From assembly GCA_051362555.1 (NCBI GenBank), contig JBPQGU010000016.1, forward strand, positions 3,348,001 to 3,412,000: a DNA stretch of 64,000 nt, in the 5' to 3' direction. The DNA is from Lingula anatina (Eukaryota; Animalia; Brachiopoda). Below, piece after piece: positions 55,201 through 64,000 of this stretch (its first letter is position 1; each line of letters opens with the position of its first letter). A program made the translations under genes and the position numbers. The notes below the pieces were generated by a model. That model saw only the letters and a program-made list of their open reading frames with translations, searched no databases and was not told the origin of the DNA.

Positions 55201-58200
55201 ACACACCTACCAGACACTATAATGAAGAAAAAAATTTTTCAACCCTACCTGGCCAAAATTGAAGAAAACTGCCATATCCGGACCTTACGAAAATCACTCA
55301 AAATCACCCAAAAATGACCCGTCACCAAATTTTCCAAAAAGTGATGAAAATCAATCTACCACACCTGTCATTCATAAAAAATGTGGAAACGCGCCCGGAT
55401 CACTTCATTAAAGCCCCCAATTTCAGCTTTAAAGATGGCCAAAAAGCACACCTGAGAACAGGATTTGGAGAGAGGGGGGGTGGAGAGAGTTTTTGCTCTA
55501 TTTCTTCCTTAATAATGACACAACCACTCTTCCAGCACTTTATTCTGACTACAAATGACCAAACACACCTACCAGACACTATAATGAAGAAAAAAATTTT
55601 TCAACCCTACCTGGCCAAAATTGAAGAAAACTGCCACATCCGGACCTTACGAAAATCACTCAAAATCACCCAAAAATGACCCGTCACCAAATTTTCCAAA
55701 AAGTGATGAAAATCAATCTACCACACCTGTCATTCATAAAAAATGTGGAAACGCGCCCGGATCACTTCATTAAAGCCCCCAATTTCAGCTTTAAAGATGG
55801 CCAAAAAGCACACCTGAGAACAGGATTTGGAGAGAGGGGGGGTGGAGAGAGTTTTTGCTCTATTTCTTCCTTAATAATGACACAACCACTCTTCCAGCAC
55901 TTTATTCTGACTACAAATGACCAAACACACCTACCAGACACTATAATGAAGAAAAAAATTTTTCAACCCTACCTGGCCAAAATTGAAGAAAACTGCCATA
56001 TCCGGACCTTACGAAAATCACTCAAAATCACCCAAAAATGACCCGTCACCAAATTTTCCAAAAAGTGATGAAAATCAATCTACCACACCTGTCATTCATA
56101 AAAAATGTGGAAACGCGCCCGGATCACTTCATTAAAGCCCCCAATTTCAGCTTTAAAGATGGCCAAAAAGCACACCTGAGAACAGGATTTGGAGAGAGGG
56201 GGGGTGGAGAGAGTTTTTGCTCTATTTCTTCCTTAATAATGACACAACCACTCTTCCAGCACTTTATTCTGACTACAAATGACCAAACACACCTACCAGA
56301 CACTATAATGAAGAAAAAAATTTTTCAACCCTACCTGGCCAAAATTGAAGAAAACTGCCATATCCGGACCTTACGAAAATCACTCAAAATCACCCAAAAA
56401 TGACCCGTCACCAAATTTTCCAAAAAGTGATGAAAATCAATCTACCACACCTGTCATTCATAAAAAATGTGGAAACGCGCCCGGATCACTTCATTAAAGC
56501 CCCCAATTTCAGCTTTAAAGATGGCCAAAAAGCACACCTGAGAACAGGATTTGGAGAGAGGGGGGGTGGAGAGAGTTTTTGCTCTATTTCTTCCTTAATA
56601 ATGACACAACCACTCTTCCAGCACTTTATTCTGACTACAAATGACCAAACACACCTACCAGACACTATAATGAAGAAAAAAATTTTTCAACCCTACCTGG
56701 CCAAAATTGAAGACAACTGCCATATCCGGACCTTACGAAAATCACTCAAAATCACCCAAAAATGACCCGTCACCAAATTTTCCAAAAAGTGATGAAAATC
56801 AATCTACCACACCTGTCATTCATAAAAAATGTGGAAACGCGCCCGGATCACTTCATTAAAGCCCCCAATTTCAGCTTTAAAGATGGCCAAAAAGCACACC
56901 TGAGAACAGGATTTGGAGAGAGGGGGGGTGGAGAGAGTTTTTGCTCTATTTCTTCCTTAATAATGACACAACCACTCTTCCAGCACTTTATTCTGACTAC
57001 AAATGACCACACACACCTACCAGACACTATAATGAAGAAAAAAATTTTTCAACCCTACCTGGCCAAAATTGAAGACAACTGCACATCCGGACCTTACGAA
57101 AATCACTCAAAATCACCCAAAATGACCCGTCACCAAATTTTCCAAAAAGTGATGAAATCAATCTACCACACCTGTCATTCATAAAAAATGTGGAAACGCG
57201 CCCGGATCACTTCATTAAAGCCCCCAATTTCAGCTTTAAAGATGGCCAAAAAGCACACCTGAGAACAGGATTTGGAGAGAGGGGGGGTGGAGAGAGTTTT
57301 TGCTCTATTTCTTCCTTAATAATGACACAACCACTCTTCCAGCACTTTATTCTGACTACAAATGACCAAACACACCTACCAGACACTATAATGAAGAAAA
57401 AAATTTTTCAACCCTACCTGGCCAAAATTGAAGAAAACTGCCATATCCGGACCTTACGAAAATCACTCAAAATCACCCAAAAATGACCCGTCACCAAATT
57501 TTCCAAAAAGTGATGAAAATCAATCTACCACACCTGTCATTCATAAAAAATGTGGAAACGCGCCCGGATCACTTCATTAAAGCCCCCAATTTCAGCTTTA
57601 AAGATGGCCAAAAAGCACACCTGAGAACAGGATTTGGAGAGAGGGGGGGTGGAGAGAGTTTTTGCTCTATTTCTTCCTTAATAATGACACAACCACTCTT
57701 CCAGCACTTTATTCTGACTACAAATGACCAAACACACCTACCAGACACTATAATGAAGAAAAAAATTTTTCAACCCTACCTGGCCAAAATTGAAGAAAAC
57801 TGCCACATCCGGACCTTACGAAAATCACTCAAAATCACCCAAAAATGACCCGTCACCAAATTTTCCAAAAAGTGATGAAAATCAATCTACCACACCTGTC
57901 ATTCATAAAAAATGTGGAAACGCGCCCGGATCACTTCATTAAAGCCCCCAATTTCAGCTTTAAAGATGGCCAAAAAGCACACCTGAGAACAGGATTTGGA
58001 GAGAGGGGGGGTGGAGAGAGTTTTTGCTCTATTTCTTCCTTAATAATGACACAACCACTCTTCCAGCACTTTATTCTGACTACAAATGACCAAACACACC
58101 TACCAGACACTATAATGAAGAAAAAAATTTTTCAACCCTACCTGGCCAAAATTGAAGAAAACTGCCATATCCGGACCTTACGAAAATCACTCAAAATCAC

Positions 58201-61200
58201 CCAAAAATGACCCGTCACCAAATTTTCCAAAAAGTGATGAAAATCAATCTACCACACCTGTCATTCATAAAAAATGTGGAAACGCGCCCGGATCACTTCA
58301 TTAAAGCCCCCAATTTCAGCTTTAAAGATGGCCAAAAAGCACACCTGAGAACAGGATTTGGAGAGAGGGGGGGTGGAGAGAGTTTTTGCTCTATTTCTTC
58401 CTTAATAATGACACAACCACTCTTCCAGCACTTTATTCTGACTACAAATGACCAAACACACCTACCAGACACTATAATGAAGAAAAAAATGTTTCAACCC
58501 TACCTGGCCAAAATTGAAGAAAACTGCCATATCCGGACCTTACGAAAATCACTCAAAATCACCCAAAAATGACCCGTCACCAAATTTTCCAAAAAGTGAT
58601 GAAAATCAATCTACCACACCTGTCATTCATAAAAAATGTGGAAACGCGCCCGGATCACTTCATTAAAGCCCCCAATTTCAGCTTTAAAGATGGCCAAAAA
58701 GCACACCTGAGAACAGGATTTGGAGAGAGGGGGGGTGGAGAGAGTTTTTGCTCTATTTCTTCCTTAATAATGACACAACCACTCTTCCAGCACTTTATTC
58801 TGACTACAAATGACCAAACACACCTACCAGACACTATAATGAAGAAAAAAATTTTTCAACCCTACCTGGCCAAAATTGAAGAAAACTGCCATATCCGGAC
58901 CTTACGAAAATCACTCAAAATCACCCAAAAATGACCCGTCACCAAATTTTCCAAAAAGTGATGAAAATCAATCTACCACACCTGTCATTCATAAAAAATG
59001 TGGAAACGCGCCCGGATCACTTCATTAAAGCCCCCAATTTCAGCTTTAAAGATGGCCAAAAAGCACACCTGAGAACAGGATTTGGAGAGAGGGGGGGTGG
59101 AGAGAGTTTTTGCTCTATTTCTTCCTTAATAATGACACAACCACTCTTCCAGCACTTTATTCTGACTACAAATGACCAAACACACCTACCAGACACTATA
59201 ATGAAGAAAAAAATTTTTCAACCCTACCTGGCCAAAATTGAAGAAAACTGCCATATCCGGACCTTACGAAAATCACTCAAAATCACCCAAAAATGACCCG
59301 TCACCAAATTTTCCAAAAAGTGATGAAAATCAATCTACCACACCTGTCATTCATAAAAAATGTGGAAACGCGCCCGGATCACTTCATTAAAGCCCCCAAT
59401 TTCAGCTTTAAAGATGGCCAAAAAGCACACCTGAGAACAGGATTTGGAGAGAGGGGGGGTGGAGAGAGTTTTTGCTCTATTTCTTCCTTAATAATGACAC
59501 AACCACTCTTCCAGCACTTTATTCTGACTACAAATGACCAAACACACCTACCAGACACTATAATGAAGAAAAAAATTTTTCAACCCTACCTGGCCAAAAT
59601 TGAAGAAAACTGCCATATCCGGACCTTACGAAAATCACTCAAAATCACCCAAAAATGACCCGTCACCAAATTTTCCAAAAAGTGATGAAAATCAATCTAC
59701 CACACCTGTCATTCATAAAAAATGTGGAAACGCGCCCGGATCACTTCATTAAAGCCCCCAATTTCAGCTTTAAAGATGGCCAAAAAGCACACCTGAGAAC
59801 AGGATTTGGAGAGAGGGGGGGTGGAGAGAGTTTTTGCTCTATTTCTTCCTTAATAATGACACAACCACTCTTCCAGCACTTTATTCTGACTACAAATGAC
59901 CAAACACACCTACCAGACACTATAATGAAGAAAAAAATTTTTCAACCCTACCTGGCCAAAATTGAAGAAAACTGCCATATCCGGACCTTACGAAAATCAC
60001 TCAAAATCACCCAAAAATGACCCGTCACCAAATTTTCCAAAAAGTGATGAAAATCAATCTACCACACCTGTCATTCATAAAAAATGTGGAAACGCGCCCG
60101 GATCACTTCATTAAAGCCCCCAATTTCAGCTTTAAAGATGGCCAAAAAGCACACCTGAGAACAGGATTTGGAGAGAGGGGGGGTGGAGAGAGTTTTTGCT
60201 CTATTTCTTCCTTAATAATGACACAACCACTCTTCCAGCACTTTATTCTGACTACAAATGACCAAACACACCTACCAGACACTATAATGAAGAAAAAAAT
60301 TTTTCAACCCTACCTGGCCAAAATTGAAGAAAACTGCCATATCCGGACCTTACGAAAATCACTCAAAATCACCCAAAAATGACCCGTCACCAAATTTTCC
60401 AAAAAGTGATGAAAATCAATCTACCACACCTGTCATTCATAAAAAATGTGGAAACGCGCCCGGATCACTTCATTAAAGCCCCCAATTTCAGCTTTAAAGA
60501 TGGCCAAAAAGCACACCTGAGAACAGGATTTGGAGAGAGGGGGGGTGGAGAGAGTTTTTGCTCTATTTCTTCCTTAATAATGACACAACCACTCTTCCAG
60601 CACTTTATTCTGACTACAAATGACCAAACACACCTACCAGACACTATAATGAAGAAAAAAATTTTTCAACCCTACCTGGCCAAAATTGAAGAAAACTGCC
60701 ATATCCGGACCTTACGAAAATCACTCAAAATCACCCAAAAATGACCCGTCACCAAATTTTCCAAAAAGTGATGAAAATCAATCTACCACACCTGTCATTC
60801 ATAAAAAATGTGGAAACGCGCCCGGATCACTTCATTAAAGCCCCCAATTTCAGCTTTAAAGATGGCCAAAAAGCACACCTGAGAACAGGATTTGGAGAGA
60901 GGGGGGGGTGGAGAGAGTTTTTGCTCTATTTCTTCCTTAATAATGACACAACCACTCTTCCAGCACTTTATTCTGACTACAAATGACCAAACACACCTAC
61001 CAGACACTATAATGAAGAAAAAAATTTTTCAACCCTACCTGGCCAAAATTGAAGAAAACTGCCATATCCGGACCTTACGAAAATCACTCAAAATCACCCA
61101 AAAATGACCCGTCACCAAATTTTCCAAAAAGTGATGAAAATCAATCTACCACACCTGTCATTCATAAAAAATGTGGAAACGCGCCCGGATCACTTCATTA

Positions 61201-64000
61201 AAGCCCCCAATTTCAGCTTTAAAGATGGCCAAAAAGCACACCTGAGAACAGGATTTGGAGAGAGGGGGGGTGGAGAGAGTTTTTGCTCTATTTCTTCCTT
61301 AATAATGACACAACCACTCTTCCAGCACTTTATTCTGACTACAAATGACCAAACACACCTACCAGACACTATAATGAAGAAAAAAATTTTTCAACCCTAC
61401 CTGGCCAAAATTGAAGAAAACTGCCATATCCGGACCTTACGAAAATCACTCAAAATCACCCAAAAATGACCCGTCACCAAATTTTCCAAAAAGTGATGAA
61501 AATCAATCTACCACACCTGTCATTCATAAAAAATGTGGAAACGCGCCCGGATCACTTCATTAAAGCCCCCAATTTCAGCTTTAAAGATGGCCAAAAAGCA
61601 CACCTGAGAACAGGATTTGGAGAGAGGGGGGGTGGAGAGAGTTTTTGCTCTATTTCTTCCTTAATAATGACACAACCACTCTTCCAGCACTTTATTCTGA
61701 CTACAAATGACCAAACACACCTACCAGACACTATAATGAAGAAAAAAATTTTTCAACCCTACCTGGCCAAAATTGAAGAAAACTGCCATATCCGGACCTT
61801 ACGAAAATCACTCAAAATCACCCAAAAATGACCCGTCACCAAATTTTCCAAAAAGTGATGAAAATCAATCTACCACACCTGTCATTCATAAAAAATGTGG
61901 AAACGCGCCCGGATCACTTCATTAAAGCCCCCAATTTCAGCTTTAAAGATGGCCAAAAAGCACACCTGAGAACAGGATTTGGAGAGAGGGGGGGTGGAGA
62001 GAGTTTTTGCTCTATTTCTTCCTTAATAATGACACAACCACTCTTCCAGCACTTTATTCTGACTACAAATGACCAAACACACCTACCAGACACTATAATG
62101 AAGAAAAAAATTTTTCAACCCTACCTGGCCAAAATTGAAGAAAACTGCCATATCCGGACCTTACGAAAATCACTCAAAATCACCCAAAAATGACCCGTCA
62201 CCAAATTTTCCAAAAAGTGATGAAAATCAATCTACCACACCTGTCATTCATAAAAAATGTGGAAACGCGCCCGGATCACTTCATTAAAGCCCCCAATTTC
62301 AGCTTTAAAGATGGCCAAAAAGCACACCTGAGAACAGGATTTGGAGAGAGGGGGGGTGGAGAGAGTTTTTGCTCTATTTCTTCCTTAATAATGACACAAC
62401 CACTCTTCCAGCACTTTATTCTGACTACAAATGACCAAACACACCTACCAGACACTATAATGAAGAAAAAAATTTTTCAACCCTACCTGGCCAAAATTGA
62501 AGAAAACTGCCATATCCGGACCTTACGAAAATCACTCAAAATCACCCAAAAATGACCCGTCACCAAATTTTCCAAAAAGTGATGAAAATCAATCTACCAC
62601 ACCTGTCATTCATAAAAAATGTGGAAACGCGCCCGGATCACTTCATTAAAGCCCCCAATTTCAGCTTTAAAGATGGCCAAAAAGCACACCTGAGAACAGG
62701 ATTTGGAGAGAGGGGGGGTGGAGAGAGTTTTTGCTCTATTTCTTCCTTAATAATGACACAACCACTCTTCCAGCACTTTATTCTGACTACAAATGACCAA
62801 ACACACCTACCAGACACTATAATGAAGAAAAAAATTTTTCAACCCTACCTGGCCAAAATTGAAGAAAACTGCCATATCCGGACCTTACGAAAATCACTCA
62901 AAATCACCCAAAAATGACCCGTCACCAAATTTTCCAAAAAGTGATGAAAATCAATCTACCACACCTGTCATTCATAAAAAATGTGGAAACGCGCCCGGAT
63001 CACTTCATTAAAGCCCCCAATTTCAGCTTTAAAGATGGCCAAAAAGCACACCTGAGAACAGGATTTGGAGAGAGGGGGGGTGGAGAGAGTTTTTGCTCTA
63101 TTTCTTCCTTAATAATGACACAACCACTCTTCCAGCACTTTATTCTGACTTCAAATGACCAAACACACCTACCAGACACTATAATGAAGAAAAAAATTTT
63201 TCAACCCTACCTGGCCAAAATTGAAGAAAACTGCCATATCCGGACCTTACGAAAATCACTCAAAATCACCCAAAAATGACCCGTCACCAAATTTTCCAAA
63301 AAGTGATGAAAATCAATCTACCACACCTGTCATTCATAAAAAATGTGGAAACGCGCCCGGATCACTTCATTAAAGCCCCCAATTTCAGCTTTAAAGATGG
63401 CCAAAAAGCACACTTGAGAACAGGATTTGGAGAGAGGGGGGGTGGAGAGAGTTTTTGCTCTATTTCTTCCTTAATAATGACACAACCACTCTTCCAGCAC
63501 TTTATTCTGACTACAAATGACCAAACACACCTACCAGACACTATAATGAAGAAAAAAATTTTTCAACCCTACCTGGCCAAAATTGAAGAAAACTGCCATA
63601 TCCGGACCTTACGAAAATCACTCAAAATCACCCAAAAATGACCCGTCACCAAATTTTCCAAAAAGTGATGAAAATCAATCTACCACACCTGTCATTCATA
63701 AAAAATGTGGAAACGCGCCCGGATCACTTCATTAAAGCCCCCAATTTCAGCTTTAAAGATGGCCAAAAAGCACACCTGAGAACAGGATTTGGAGAGAGGG
63801 GGGGTGGAGAGAGTTTTTGCTCTATTTCTTCCTTAATAATGACACAACCACTCTTCCAGCACTTTATTCTGACTACAAATGACCAAACACACCTACCAGA
63901 CACTATAATGAAGAAAAAAATTTTTCAACCCTACCTGGCCAAAATTGAAGACAACTGCCATATCCGGACCTTACGAAAATCACTCAAAATCACCCAAAAA
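52243..64000. repeat. Right domain with sparse, locally shared variants (GAAGACAAC, GCCACAT)
   Basis: A>C at 54904, 56714, 57076 and 63952; T>C at 54913, 55637 and 57806; plus singletons. Confidence 0.75.
54050..54227 (+). repeat. Truncated 178-bp monomer (184-bp internal deletion)
   Basis: CACCCAAAAA is joined directly to TATTTCTTCC at 54050/54051. Intact starts at 53688 and 54228 are 540 bp apart (362+178). Confidence 0.93.

Larger units (their letters stand above)
1..64000. repeat. Tandem satellite DNA array, 362-bp monomer, ~177 head-to-tail copies, single orientation, running off both window ends
   Basis: The same sequence recurs every 362 bp (ATGACCCGTCACC at 79, 441, 803 ... 63638). 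Most copies differ from consensus by 0-4 bases. No spacer, unique or inverted segment was seen. Confidence 0.99.

Noticed and set aside
57005-57160. Cluster of 1-bp deletions and substitutions (similar cluster at 29350-29460)
   Set aside because: Private clustered single-base indels in short homopolymers look like low-coverage consensus error; not interpretable without reads.
857-61007. Minus-strand 60-71-aa ORFs (MSGRCVWSF...)
   Set aside because: They appear only where an indel or point variant happens to extend a frame, so they are by-products of repeat variation.
79-63641. About 170 tandem 121-aa 'genes' and fused ORFs of up to 242 aa as real CDS
   Set aside because: They are translations of the satellite monomer. 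No recognisable domain, no intergenic space, and nonsense, frameshift and missense variants look unconstrained.
1-64000. CRISPR array or other repeat-spacer system
   Set aside because: No unique spacers; the entire 362 bp is repeated; no cas or other genes.
1-64000. Rolling-circle concatemer of a viroid-sized (~360-nt) circle or minicircle
   Set aside because: The strand is A/C-skewed with no rod-like self-complementarity or ribozyme motif visible. Shared variants at 20-27-monomer periods and CpG-biased changes indicate chromosomal evolution rather than copying of one template.

Overview
The whole 64-kb window is one uninterrupted, head-to-tail, single-orientation tandem array of a 362-bp monomer: about 177 copies plus a 78-bp partial copy at the start, about 40% GC by hand count, with an A/C-rich + strand. 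It has the features of eukaryotic satellite DNA (centromeric, pericentromeric or subtelomeric heterochromatin). I cannot name the family or species. I found no genuine gene, RNA gene, transposon, CRISPR array or unique sequence; the ORF-track entries are the same repeat-derived frames and their frameshifted variants. The information lies in the internal structure. (i) There are three domains: a variant-rich left part (1-31 kb), an almost invariant core (31.6-52 kb) and a right part with its own variant set. (ii) Shared variants reveal ~25-mer, 20-mer, 3-4-mer and dimer higher-order duplications and mosaic monomers. (iii) One monomer is half-length (178 bp) at 54050. (iv) An aberrant monomer at 31.2-31.6 kb has lost its G-tract and gained an inverted G-tract-like C-run. 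(v) Within the monomer there are a possible ancestral 3 x ~121-bp structure, 10-bp-phased A-tracts, a polypurine mirror repeat, a CENP-B-box-like motif and CpG-biased mutation. I do not see evidence for a new protein-coding system. All variant positions were read by eye and some may be assembly or consensus errors.
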